Assembly: GCA_965248055.1 (NCBI GenBank)
Contig: CBDFIJ010000004.1
Location: 2,944,001 to 3,008,000 of the forward strand
Source of the DNA: Candidatus Multivoradales bacterium
Lineage (GTDB): Bacteria > Acidobacteriota > Thermoanaerobaculia > Multivoradales > JAHEKO01
Direction: 5' to 3'
Length of the DNA: 64,000 nt
In this document: piece by piece, positions 18,689 to 28,088 of the stretch
Layout: every line of letters begins with the position of its first letter
Position numbering within the stretch: position 1 is the first letter of the stretch
Notes under the pieces: generated by a model
What the model was told of the DNA's origin: nothing
Seen by the model: only the letters and a program-made list of their open reading frames with translations
The model's database searches: none
Position numbers and translations under genes: made by a program

Positions 18689-20644
18689 TCAGGCGGTGGC
18701 TGGAGTCGGATTGGTCCCCGGCGGAAACTCGGGCTCGGAGTCAGCATCGGCGGTGGTTTCGGGTTCATCGCGCACCGAAGGCTCGGGTTCTACGGTGGGT
18801 TTGGGAGGTGCTGGCGGCCCCAGATCCATGCCGGTCATTTCTGAGATCAGAGCGTAGATCATGGCGCCGTCCAAGGACTCGTGCTCGAGCAATTCTTCGG
18901 CGAGGCGGTCCAGAATCTCGCGGCGTTCGGTCAGAATGCGCGTCGCCTCCGCGTGGCCTTTTTCCACCAGACGCTCGATTTCTCGATCAACCCGTCCTGC
19001 GGTTCCCTCACTGATTTCCGCGCGGTCGCTAAAGTCCCGTCCAAGAAACACTGGTTCGCTGGAACTGCCTAGGGCAAGAGGGCCCATCTCCGACATTCCC
19101 CACTCGCAGACCATGCGGCGAGCCATCTCAGTAGCCCGTTCGATGTCGTTGCCGGCTCCGGTTGTAATGTCGTCTTGGGTCAATTCTTCGGCCACGCGTC
19201 CACCCATAAGGATGGCGATCTGCGCTTCTACGTAGCCTTTCTTATGCGAGTAACGATCCTCCGTCGGCAACTGCATCGTTAGGCCGAGCGCACGTCCTCG
19301 CGGAATGATAGTGACCTTATGCAGCGGGTCACTCCCGGGGAGAAATGCCGCGACCAAGGCATGCCCGGCCTCATGGACCGCGGTAACTTTCTTTTCCTCG
19401 TCGGTCATGATCAGGGTCTTGCGCTCGGCTCCCATCAACACCTTGTCCTTGGCGAACTCGAAATCTGCCATGGTGACTGCTTTGCGTTCGAAGCGCGCGG
19501 CAAGCAGAGCCGCCTCATTGACCAAGTTGGCCAAGTCGGCTCCCGAGAAGCCTGGAGTTCCTCGAGCGATGACCGCTAACTCGACGTCTTCGTCCATCGG
19601 GATCTCTCGGGTGTGGACTTTCAGAATCCCGGTGCGACCGTTGATGTCGGGACGGTCCACCACGATGCGGCGGTCGAATCGACCTGGGCGCAGCAAGGCT
19701 GGATCTAGCACGTCAGGTCGATTGGTGGCGGCGATCAAGATCACTCCTTCGGAGGTCTCGAAGCCATCCATTTCTACCAAAAGTTGGTTCAAGGTCTGCT
19801 CTCGTTCATCGTGACCGCCGCCGAGTCCAGCGCCGCGCTGGCGTCCGACCGCGTCGATCTCGTCAATGAAAACGATGCACGGCGCGTTGCGCTTGCCTTG
19901 CTCGAAGAGGTCGCGTACACGGCTGGCGCCGACACCGACAAACATCTCGACAAAATCGGAGCCAGAAATTGAGAAAAACGGCACATCCGCTTCGCCAGAG
20001 ATCGCCCGGGCCAGGAGCGTCTTACCGGTTCCTGGGGGTCCCATGAGCAGCACCCCCTTGGGGATCTTGCCGCCCAGTCGCTGAAATTTCTGCGGTTCTT
20101 TGAGGAAGTCGACGATTTCCGAGAGCTCGTCTTTTGCCTCTTCAATCCCAGCCACGTCTTCGAAGGTGACCTTGTTGCCGGTTGAGGCATTTATCAACTT
20201 GGCTTTGCTCTTGCCGAAAGACAGGGCCTTGTTGCCGCCGCTTTGCATCTGGCGCATAAAGAAGATCCACAGGCCGACGATCAATAGAATCGGAGCATAG
20301 AGAAACAGGAATTGCAGCAATACATTTTGCTTTTCTGGCTCGACTACGATTTCGGCGTTGGCTGCCCGCAGTTTGTCCACTAGGCCGTCGTAGTTGGGGA
20401 CCGAACGGGAGATGAACGCTTCACCGCCGGCGTAGGGCAGATTGACATCGGAGCCAAATTCACCGGTGATTTCGTCTCCGCGCAGAGTCACCGAAGCGAT
20501 CTGTCCGTCTTCCAGTTGGGAAAGAAACTCGCTAAAGGTAAGTTCGTGTTCGCCACCCTTACCGGCTTGCAGCGCTTGCCAGCCCAAAAAGACCACTAGG
20601 AATAGGGCCATCCAGAGAAGTAGAGTCTTGGTCGTAGAATTCAA
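18689..20644 (-). CDS. ftsH: ATP-dependent zinc metalloprotease FtsH
   Basis: Two TM helices, [23 protein letters not shown] and HEAGH. Confidence 0.97.
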   Translation of the reverse strand: MNSTTKTLLLWMALFLVVFLGWQALQAGKGGEHELTFSEFLSQLEDGQIASVTLRGDEITGEFGSDVNLPYAGGEAFISRSVPNYDGLVDKLRAANAEIVVEPEKQNVLLQFLFLYAPILLIVGLWIFFMRQMQSGGNKALSFGKSKAKLINASTGNKVTFEDVAGIEEAKDELSEIVDFLKEPQKFQRLGGKIPKGVLLMGPPGTGKTLLARAISGEADVPFFSISGSDFVEMFVGVGASRVRDLFEQGKRNAPCIVFIDEIDAVGRQRGAGLGGGHDEREQTLNQLLVEMDGFETSEGVILIAATNRPDVLDPALLRPGRFDRRIVVDRPDINGRTGILKVHTREIPMDEDVELAVIARGTPGFSGADLANLVNEAALLAARFERKAVTMADFEFAKDKVLMGAERKTLIMTDEEKKVTAVHEAGHALVAAFLPGSDPLHKVTIIPRGRALGLTMQLPTEDRYSHKKGYVEAQIAILMGGRVAEELTQDDITTGAGNDIERATEMARRMVCEWGMSEMGPLALGSSSEPVFLGRDFSDRAEISEGTAGRVDREIERLVEKGHAEATRILTERREILDRLAEELLEHESLDGAMIYALISEMTGMDLGPPAPPKPTVEPEPSVRDEPETTADADSEPEFPPGTNPTPATA

Positions 20645-20747
20645 AAGTGCCTCCGGAACCGCGCTGCTCTTTAAGGTTCCACCTCAGTTAACGACAGGGA
20701 TGTCTGCAACATTCCCGCCGACGGAGGGAGTCGAGCCCTCGCGATGC

Positions 20748-22154
20748 CTAGTTTCCCCGCCCTGGGTGCCATTGCGCAACCCAAATCGGCCATTTTCCGC
20801 GGATCCGATGGCGGTGATCGATGGTGATGCCCGGAATCCACACCGGTTGGTCGTTGATGGTGACCAGCGGGATACGGTCACGATCTTGATAGGCGACTTT
20901 GGCGTCGATCAAGATGTCCTTGATTTTCCTTTGATAGTCGGCGCCGAAAGGTTGCAGGCGGTCGCCAGGGATGCGGCTGCGGACTTCGACCCGGGCGTCG
21001 GCGGGGGCTTCAAAAGCGGCGCGCGTGGCTTCGCCTTCGAGCATCCATGGTTCCAGGCTGGCCGCAACGATCTCCACCTGTCCCCCGTCAGGAAGAGTTA
21101 CCACTCCCGGCAAGGAGCACGAAAGACAAAATGGCATGCTGGGTGACGGAACGTCGGTGATCAAGAGCCGGTCGTCTTGTTCGACCAACCTTCGATCCTT
21201 GGATAGGCGAACATCGAGGGTGGTTTGCCGCTGGAGTTGTTTGCTCAGCTCGTCGATCGATGTTTGACCGGACAAAGGAGAAGTTTCGCCGGGCGTAGAC
21301 TCGTCTGGATCCAGGGTCGCGAGCACGAAGGGCCAAAGGACTCGTGGCAGAGTCCGAAGCCGGTTAGCGCTGATGGTGGGTTTTCCCGTTGGGTCTTGGC
21401 GAGCGTCGATCGTGTCACGCAAAGCTTCTGCCGTGGACTTCCGAAGTTGGGCCGTAGCTTGGGCAAGCGACGATAAGGTAGCCGGAAGCTCGGGGTTGTG
21501 AGCTGTCAGGTGGGGAATCAACCGGTGGCGGACCCAGTTGCGGGTGAGCGACAAGTCTGTGTTGGTGGGATCTTCGATCGGCGACCAGGTAACGTCGGCG
21601 TTTTGCTGGCGCACCAACTTGGCCGGAAGCTGGAGCCACGGACGGCCGATGGGCCCGAACCAGGGTTGAATTCCGGCCAACCCGCGGATGCCGGAGCCGA
21701 ACAAGATTCGCAAGAGGACCGTTTCCACTTGGTCGTCGAGGTGGTGGCCGGTGAGCACCGCACTGGCTGCCACCTGGCTGCGGACCCGTTCCAAGAACGA
21801 GTAGCGCTGTTCGCGGGCCCAAGCTTCGACTCCGGCTGGCCGGTGGCTCGGGACCGTGACCCGGTCGCTGATCCACTCGGCGCCGATCTGCTGGGCTAGT
21901 CCTCGAGCTTGTTGTGCTCGATCGGATGACCCGGGATCGATACCGTGGTCGAGATGTGCGGCGTAAACCGCGATGGTTGGCGAGTAGAGCTGAACCGCAG
22001 TGGTCAGCAGTGCACAGGAGTCTGGACCTCCAGAGAATGCGACCACCAGTGGTGAGCTATGCCGCGACTGGTGTTTGTCGCGCAGAAACTTGGTGAGGTG
22101 AACCTCCGCGGCGGAGAAAAGGGAGGTGGTGGCGGTGACGGGACTCGAACCCAT
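20748..22154 (-). CDS. tilS: tRNA(Ile)-lysidine synthetase (start uncertain)
   Basis: VAFSGGPDS, AREQRY, TGHHLDDQVET, EDPTN, RNWVRH and TilS_C (PGDRLQP). Confidence 0.92.
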   Translation of the reverse strand: MGSSPVTATTSLFSAAEVHLTKFLRDKHQSRHSSPLVVAFSGGPDSCALLTTAVQLYSPTIAVYAAHLDHGIDPGSSDRAQQARGLAQQIGAEWISDRVTVPSHRPAGVEAWAREQRYSFLERVRSQVAASAVLTGHHLDDQVETVLLRILFGSGIRGLAGIQPWFGPIGRPWLQLPAKLVRQQNADVTWSPIEDPTNTDLSLTRNWVRHRLIPHLTAHNPELPATLSSLAQATAQLRKSTAEALRDTIDARQDPTGKPTISANRLRTLPRVLWPFVLATLDPDESTPGETSPLSGQTSIDELSKQLQRQTTLDVRLSKDRRLVEQDDRLLITDVPSPSMPFCLSCSLPGVVTLPDGGQVEIVAASLEPWMLEGEATRAAFEAPADARVEVRSRIPGDRLQPFGADYQRKIKDILIDAKVAYQDRDRIPLVTINDQPVWIPGITIDHRHRIRGKWPIWVAQWHPGRGN

Positions 22155-22203
22155 GACCTAGCGGTTATGAGCCGCTCGCTCTAACCAGCTGAGCTACACC
22201 GCC
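22127..22203 (-). tRNA. tRNA with CAT anticodon (elongator Met most likely; Ile2 not excluded)
   Basis: Cloverleaf: GGCGGTG/CACCGCC acceptor, AGCGG-CTCATAA-CCGCT anticodon arm, TTCGAGT loop, encoded CCA. Confidence 0.95.
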
Positions 22204-22409
22204 AAAGGTGTTCCCCAACCGAGGGGCAATTGCCTCGGTCGCTGGGTTTCCGGTTTCGGTCGCCTCGATCTGGACCAACTCGAGATCAGTCAACCGGGTG
22301 GGCGACAACCAACCGAACGGCGAATGATAGCCCGAGTCCGGTTGGTTGCCCAGTCCATAAGACGCGACCCCGCAGTGTCTAACTCCCATGGGACCCTCGA
22401 TTGCGCGGC

Positions 22410-23018
22410 CTAGGCCTGCGCGGCCTGATAGCGATCGGCGACCGCTTCCCAGTCCACTAGATCAAAAAAGGCTTGGACGTAGTCCGGGCGACGATTTTGG
22501 TAGTTGAGGTAGTAAGCGTGCTCCCAAACATCGAGTCCCAAGATCGGAGTCGCTCCGGACATCAATGGGCTATCTTGATTGGCAGTCGCCAGGACCTTGA
22601 GGGTGCCATCATCGACCACCAGCCAGCCCCATCCGGAGCCGAATTGTCCGCCTGCAGCCGCGGCAAACTGAGCTTTGAAGTCGTCAAACGATCCGAAGGC
22701 GGAGTTGATGACAGCGGCCAGATCTCCTGATGGCGTGCCATCGCCAGCTGGGCTCATAATGCTCCAAAACAGCGAGTGATTGGCATGGCCTCCACCGTGG
22801 TTGCGCACCGCAGTACGGATGTCATCTGGAACCGCATGAATCCGGCCCAGCAAGTCCTCCACCGACAAAGCTTCGAGGTCGCTGTGACCCTCGAGGGCCT
22901 TGTTGAGGTTGGCGACATAGGCTGCGTGGTGCTTGCCGTGATGGATCTCCATGGTGCGGGCATCGATCGAAGGTTCTAACGCGTCGTGCGCGTAGGGTAA
23001 ATCGGGAAGCTGATGCAT
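22410..23018 (-). CDS. sodA: Superoxide dismutase, Mn-type signature
   Basis: [32 protein letters not shown] and DVWEHAYY. Confidence 0.93.
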   Translation of the reverse strand: MHQLPDLPYAHDALEPSIDARTMEIHHGKHHAAYVANLNKALEGHSDLEALSVEDLLGRIHAVPDDIRTAVRNHGGGHANHSLFWSIMSPAGDGTPSGDLAAVINSAFGSFDDFKAQFAAAAGGQFGSGWGWLVVDDGTLKVLATANQDSPLMSGATPILGLDVWEHAYYLNYQNRRPDYVQAFFDLVDWEAVADRYQAAQA

Positions 23019-23134
23019 GGTCGGATCTCCTTGAGGATAACAGTCAAAAGTGGGGAGAGAGATTGTCGCGCGAAAGAACTCCGAGGTCAAAGTCTGGGTG
23101 ACAGCGGTTCGACGAACGACAGGGTTTGAACTCG

Positions 23135-23163
23135 TTGACTTCCCGTTCCAGCGTTCGTAGACT
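23135..23163 (+). promoter_or_regulatory. Sigma70 promoter for tRNA-Val/tRNA-Asp/rpmG
   Basis: TTGACT-17 bp-TAGACT followed by a GC-rich discriminator. Confidence 0.7.
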
Positions 23164-23182
23164 CCGCTTTCGCTCTCGGGCG

Positions 23183-23257
23183 GGGAGGTTAGCTCAGTGG
23201 GAGAGCATCTGCCTTACACGCAGAGGGTCGGGGGTTCAAGCCCCCCACCTCCCACCA
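23183..23257 (+). tRNA. tRNA-Val(TAC)
   Basis: GGGAGGT/ACCTCCC acceptor, TCTGC-CTTACAC-GCAGA anticodon arm, CCA. Confidence 0.96.
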
Positions 23258-23284
23258 AGTACAAGATGCACGAGAGAGAATTTT

Positions 23285-23363
23285 GGGGGCGTAGTTCAGT
23301 TTTGGTTAGAACGCCGGCCTGTCAAGCCGGAGGTCGCGGGTTCAAGTCCCGTCGCTCCCGCCA
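23285..23363 (+). tRNA. tRNA-Asp(GTC)
   Basis: CCGGC-CTGTCAA-GCCGG anticodon arm, G73 discriminator, CCA. Confidence 0.96.
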
Positions 23364-23400
23364 CTCGCTATCACCCGTTTGAAATCGAACCGAGATCACC

Positions 23401-23556
23401 ATGCGCGAAAAAATTAAACTTGTATCGAGTGCCGGAACCGGTACCTTTTACACCACCACCAAGAACAAGCGTCTCTCGACCGAGAAGCTGCGGTTGAAGA
23501 AGTACGATCCCAAGATTCGCAAGCACGTCGAGTTCGTCGAAGAAAAAATGCGCTAG
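23401..23556 (+). CDS. rpmG: 50S ribosomal protein L33 (Cys-free, Zn-independent type)
   Basis: [51 protein letters not shown] (51 aa, below the ORF-track cutoff). Confidence 0.95.
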   Translation: MREKIKLVSSAGTGTFYTTTKNKRLSTEKLRLKKYDPKIRKHVEFVEEKMR

Positions 23557-23575
23557 CAAAAATTCCGTCCGGCGG

Positions 23576-23604
23576 TTGACCACCCTCGGATCTACCGGTA
23601 CTCT
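23576..23604 (+). promoter_or_regulatory. Sigma70-type promoter upstream of the ECF-like gene
   Basis: TTGACC-17 bp-TACTCT. Confidence 0.55.
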
Positions 23605-23736
23605 CCTACCCATCTCGTCGGTTTCAGGTCTTCTTAGGTCGCGCTAATTTTGCGTTGGCTTTTCGCTACTAACATTTGCGGTAGCGCCTAACGTGGCTCC
23701 CGAGTGGCCCTCCTTTCTCCCAACCGGAGAAAGGAA

Positions 23737-24369
23737 ATGCACTCACAAACCCATCACCAACTAATTCGTCTGTGCCTGGACGGACCCATCTGCGAGGACG
23801 CTTGGCTGGAGTTTGAACGTCGATTTCGACCGCGGCTGGTCGCTGGTATTCGACGCGGCACGGCGTATTCGTACCGCGCGATAGACCGTGACCGCATCGA
23901 CGAACTCTTGCAGGACTGCTACTGCCGGATCCTGGACCGAGACCGTAAGGTGCTTCGAGATTGCCTTGACCTCGAAGAAGCCCAGACCGGTGCCTACTTA
24001 GTCCAACTGGGCCGTAGCGTGGCTTTGGACTGGCTGCGCCATCGCGGCGCTGCCAAACGTGGCGAGGATGAGACGGTCGAGGTCGATCAGGAGTGGCTGT
24101 CTGAACTGCATGTTCAGGAAGCGACTGCGGAGCGTCAATTGTGTGCCCAGGAGACGCTCGATGCGTTCTGGAGGGAGTGTCGAAGTATTGCGCTGGCAAT
24201 CGGCAATCCCCGTAGCCTCCAGTTCTTGCGTCAGGCGTGGTTTCAGCAGACTCCGAGCCGGGAGATTGCCGCAACCGCCGGCGTCGCTACCAGCACCGTG
24301 GACTCGGTCGTCTGTCGAATGCGTCGTCGCTTGGAGGCAAGAGGTTGGGATGTGGCGAAACGTCTGTAG
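23737..24369 (+). CDS. Divergent ECF-type sigma factor
   Basis: AWLEFERRFRP, DELLQDCY, ALDWLR..AAKRG and HTH SREIAATAGVATSTVDS. Confidence 0.75.
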   Translation: MHSQTHHQLIRLCLDGPICEDAWLEFERRFRPRLVAGIRRGTAYSYRAIDRDRIDELLQDCYCRILDRDRKVLRDCLDLEEAQTGAYLVQLGRSVALDWLRHRGAAKRGEDETVEVDQEWLSELHVQEATAERQLCAQETLDAFWRECRSIALAIGNPRSLQFLRQAWFQQTPSREIAATAGVATSTVDSVVCRMRRRLEARGWDVAKRL

Positions 24370-24384
24370 GCGAAAATTGCCAGG

Positions 24385-25998
24385 TCATCCTCGGATGTTC
24401 TGATCGCTTTGCTGGCCATCGCTGTCATCACCGGTATCTTCCAGAGCGGTTCGGGTCGCCAACAGCTCCGAGGCTTGGGGAAACCGCGCCAACGCCTCTT
24501 GCACTTGGGGGTCAGACAGGGCCAGTTCGCGCGAGCGGGCACCCAGGCCAAACGCGGCGCCCAATATTTCAGCACGCAGCCGGCGCAAGATGTTGGCTTG
24601 AATCTGAGCGTCGCTGTAGGCTTGATTCAGTTCGTCCGGGCTGACGATCTCCTGCTCGACCAACCAGTCGCCAAACTGTCCGACCAAGTCGCTTGGCTCC
24701 TTCCACTCCTGGTCGCTCAACGGGGCGCGGTTTTGGTACTCAACGCCGAAGTTGAAGAAGGTGTTGTGGACAAACAAGTAGCCGATGAACTCGGGAATCT
24801 CAGCCGGTTCGACGATGTAGTCGGGGGTGATGCCACCGCCGCCGAGGACGGTGCGCCCTAAGTCGGTGGAATAGGAGGCTTGGTTGTCGTTGGCGGCGTA
24901 GGAGCCATCGGCACGGGTGGTGTAGTCGAACCACGACGAGTAGTCGCGCTGAATCAACCGCCCGGATGGGGTGTAGTACTTGGCGGTGGTGAGCGCGACA
25001 CCGTTGCCGTGGCTGATGTTGTAGACCGTTTGCACCAGCCCCTTGCCCCAGGTGGCTTCCCCGACGATCAAACCGACATCGTGGTCTTGAACCGCGCCGG
25101 AGACGATTTCCGAGGCTGAGGCGGTCGCCGGGCCGACCAAGATCACCAGCGGTAGATCGGCTGGCACCGCAGAGGAGTCGGCGACATAAGTCTGCCCAGA
25201 TCCAGGTGTGCGGCCACGGGTTTCGACAATCTTGGAAATGGCGGGGACAAAGATCTCGCTGACCTCCACCGCTTGATCCAACAGTCCACCGCCGTTGTTG
25301 CGCAGGTCCAGCACCAAGTTCTCCATCCCCTCACCCTTGAGGGAATCGATCGCTTCCAACATCTCTTGGGTTGAGGAGTGGGAAAAATCGGTGAGCATGA
25401 TGTAGCCGGTCTTGGCGTCCAGCATGTAGGAATAGGCCACCGTGTTCTGTGGGATTTCGTCTCGGGTTACCGCCAGATCAAAGGACTCGTCCAAGCCGCG
25501 TCGCTCGATCGTGATGTTGACGGTGGTTCCCTGAGGCCCCTTGAGCTGTCGTACCGCCTCATTCAAATTCATCCCCGAGGTGGTCTCTCCTTCGATCGCC
25601 GAGATCACGTCGCCGGCACGAATGCCCGCCTTCCAAGCGGGCGTGCCCTCGACCGGCGTCACCACAGTCAGTTGCGAATTGCGCATACCAATCAAAATGC
25701 CGAGCCCAGAGAAACTCGCCTGTTGGCGCTGCCGCAGATCGTCGTACATCTCTTTGGGCAAGAAATTGGTGTGCGGGTCTAGGGTACGCAGCATGCCGTT
25801 GATTGAAGCCTCGACCAACTCTTGATAGCTGACTTCGGCGCCGTAGGCGTCGTGGGTACGGTGCAGAACTTTGGCGTAGCGAATCAGGGCTTGCTTGAGA
25901 TCGTCAGGAAGGGTGACTTGTCTCTGACTCAAGACCACGCTGCCGCCAAAGACAGCCAGGAAAACAGTGATCGCAAACCAACGCCAAGAGCTTCGCAT
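24385..25998 (-). CDS. S41 C-terminal processing peptidase (CtpA) with PDZ domain
   Basis: LDPHT, GLGI PDZ, LDLRNNGGGLL, TASASEIV and WGKGLVQ. Confidence 0.93.
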   Translation of the reverse strand: MRSSWRWFAITVFLAVFGGSVVLSQRQVTLPDDLKQALIRYAKVLHRTHDAYGAEVSYQELVEASINGMLRTLDPHTNFLPKEMYDDLRQRQQASFSGLGILIGMRNSQLTVVTPVEGTPAWKAGIRAGDVISAIEGETTSGMNLNEAVRQLKGPQGTTVNITIERRGLDESFDLAVTRDEIPQNTVAYSYMLDAKTGYIMLTDFSHSSTQEMLEAIDSLKGEGMENLVLDLRNNGGGLLDQAVEVSEIFVPAISKIVETRGRTPGSGQTYVADSSAVPADLPLVILVGPATASASEIVSGAVQDHDVGLIVGEATWGKGLVQTVYNISHGNGVALTTAKYYTPSGRLIQRDYSSWFDYTTRADGSYAANDNQASYSTDLGRTVLGGGGITPDYIVEPAEIPEFIGYLFVHNTFFNFGVEYQNRAPLSDQEWKEPSDLVGQFGDWLVEQEIVSPDELNQAYSDAQIQANILRRLRAEILGAAFGLGARSRELALSDPQVQEALARFPQASELLATRTALEDTGDDSDGQQSDQNIRG

Positions 25999-26310
25999 TC
26001 GGCGCAGCTTATCAGCGCTGGAGAGGGGGTCGAGGGGGGGACGAAATATTGACGGCATAGAAGATCCAGGGCTGACTTGTGCAGGCGTTCCTGTCCGCAA
26101 CAGGTGCTACGAAACAACCGAGCAGCTGGTTGTCCGCGATTGGGTGTCTGTGCTCGGGTGCCCTCTCCTCCCGGGGTATGAAGGGTAGACGTTGGAGCCG
26201 AGGAATCGACGGTTGTGTGGGTTGTCTCAGGCGATCGACTCGGGCCTCCTGCCTCACCCTCTTTGACGCTATGCTCCATAGGCGGGAAGATCGCGGTCTC
26301 GGGAGGTGTC

Positions 26311-26661
26311 GTGTTCGGAAGTTTAGGAATCTGGGAAATCGTCTTTATCGTCATTCTTGGGCTGCTGATTTTTGGCCCCAAGAAGTTGCCGGAGGTGAGT
26401 CGCACTATCGGGCGGACACTGGGTGAATTGCGCCGTTCAGCCGAGGAGTTCAAGCACACCGTTGAGCGAGAGGCCTCAGACGTGCAGAATTCGGTGGATA
26501 CAGTGGTTCGTGGATCGGCCTCTTCTGAAGCTGCAGATTCTGAAGATACAGCTTCTCCGGCTGGTACTTCTGAAGACGGCGTTTCTCAAGACAGTATTTC
26601 TCAAAACAGCAGCACGGAAGGTGCACCGTCCACGGATCTCTCAGCGGGAGATCGTTCTTGA
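26311..26661 (+). CDS. Twin-arginine translocase TatA/TatB subunit
   Basis: GGAGG SD before GTG 26311; FGSLGIWEI...IFGPKKLPE; adjacent to tatC. Confidence 0.88.
   Translation: MFGSLGIWEIVFIVILGLLIFGPKKLPEVSRTIGRTLGELRRSAEEFKHTVEREASDVQNSVDTVVRGSASSEAADSEDTASPAGTSEDGVSQDSISQNSSTEGAPSTDLSAGDRS
26524..26613 (+). repeat. Six degenerate 15-bp tandem repeats in the TatA/B tail
   Basis: TCTGAAGCTGCAGAT / TCTGAAGATACAGCT / TCTCCGGCTGGTACT / TCTGAAGACGGCGTT / TCTCAAGACAGTATT / TCTCAAAACAGCAGC. Confidence 0.7.
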
Positions 26662-27428
26662 ACCAAACCTCAGAATCTCTCCAACGGATGAGTCTGCTGG
26701 ACCATCTGCAGGAGCTTCGCACCCGTATTTTTCAGACTCTGGTGGTGGTGGTGGTGGCGTTTGGGGTCTGTTGGGTGTGGGTGCAACCGATGTTCGAGTT
26801 TCTCGCCCGACCGATCTACAAAGTGCTGCCGGAGGGCACCAAGCTGGCTTTTTTGGGAGTCACCGAGCCTCTGATCTTGTTCGTCAAAGTCGCCGGTTTG
26901 GGCGCCATCTTTCTCACCTCGCCGGTGATCCTCTATCAACTGTGGAGGTTTGTCGCCCCAGGTCTCTATAGCAGAGAACGACGTTTGGTGCTGCCCTTTA
27001 TCCTTGCCGGGACCTTCTTTTTTCTCTTGGGCGGTGTCTTCGCCTATACCGTCGCCTTTCCCTTCGCGGTTGAGTTCTTGATCGGTATGGGAGAACAGTT
27101 TGAGGCGGTGGTGACGGTGGATCGCTACTTTTCGTTCCTATTGACGGTGATTCTGGGCATGTCGATGATGTTCGAGTTGCCGATTTTCATCTTTTGCCTG
27201 GCGGTTGTCGGCATTGTTGAGGTCAAGACTTTGGTCAAACACTTCCGGTGGGCGGTGCTGCTGATCTTCATCGTTGCGGCGGTGATCACCCCGACTCCCG
27301 ACGTTTTCAATCTGATGATCTTTGCCCTGCCAACGATTGGTCTCTACGTGTTGGGGGTGGCTGCCGCTGCGTTGGTGACCTACCGCCGGCGAAGACGGGA
27401 GGCCAAGGCAGAATCCGCTTTGTCCTAA
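26658..27428 (+). CDS. tatC: Twin-arginine translocase TatC
   Basis: HLQELRTR, YQLWRFVAPGLY..E, FELP and AAVITPTPD. Confidence 0.95.
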   Translation: MNQTSESLQRMSLLDHLQELRTRIFQTLVVVVVAFGVCWVWVQPMFEFLARPIYKVLPEGTKLAFLGVTEPLILFVKVAGLGAIFLTSPVILYQLWRFVAPGLYSRERRLVLPFILAGTFFFLLGGVFAYTVAFPFAVEFLIGMGEQFEAVVTVDRYFSFLLTVILGMSMMFELPIFIFCLAVVGIVEVKTLVKHFRWAVLLIFIVAAVITPTPDVFNLMIFALPTIGLYVLGVAAAALVTYRRRRREAKAESALS

Positions 27429-27515
27429 GTTGGGAAGCCCTCGTCCTCTCGCACCACAGATCTATTTTGGGTGGTGGGTTGAGGACGCCTGGGGCAGGTT
27501 TACAGTTGATCGACT

Positions 27516-28070
27516 CTAAGGTTCAAATGAAAAACTGCCGAGGATGCGTTGCCAAGCGCCGCGGGTCTTGAGCAGGATTTCTGCCATTTCTCGCACCGCG
27601 CCACGACCTCCAGGTCGGTTGAGCACCACATCGGCGACGGTGCGCACTTCGTCTGCAGCGTTGGCCGGAGCGAATCCCAGCCCACAACGGGCCAGCACTA
27701 CTAGATCGTTGAGATCGTCCCCAATGTAGGCGACCCGGCTGGCGTCGCAATCGGCCTTGTGGAGAAAGTCACTGAACCCGGTGTCTTTGTCTTCGCGTCC
27801 GGTGAGTGTGAGATCCAGCTTCAGGCCCTCAGCCCGCCGGGCTAGCGCGGGGGAGGATCGAGCTGACAGCAGTCCCACTTTCAGGCCAGCTTGGCGCAGG
27901 CAGCCAATCCCTAGCCCGTCGCGCACGTCGAAAGCTTTGAACGCTTCGCCGTGGCCGTCAAAAAACAATCGACCGTCAGTGAGCACGCCATCAACGTCAC
28001 ACAGAACCCATTCCAGGGTTTTCGCGCGTTGCGCTTGCTCGCCGGTGAGAGGTCGTGTATTGCTGTCCAT
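27516..28070 (-). CDS. kdsC: KDO 8-phosphate phosphatase
   Basis: DVDGVLTDG, FDVRDG, GDDLND and GGRGAVRE. Confidence 0.92.
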   Translation of the reverse strand: MDSNTRPLTGEQAQRAKTLEWVLCDVDGVLTDGRLFFDGHGEAFKAFDVRDGLGIGCLRQAGLKVGLLSARSSPALARRAEGLKLDLTLTGREDKDTGFSDFLHKADCDASRVAYIGDDLNDLVVLARCGLGFAPANAADEVRTVADVVLNRPGGRGAVREMAEILLKTRGAWQRILGSFSFEP

Positions 28071-28088
28071 GGTCGTCTTGTCGCCGGT

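Noticed and set aside
23126-23613. ORFs 23126-23497, 23197-23382 and 23371-23613
   Set aside because: They overlap tRNA-Val, tRNA-Asp or the antisense of rpmG.
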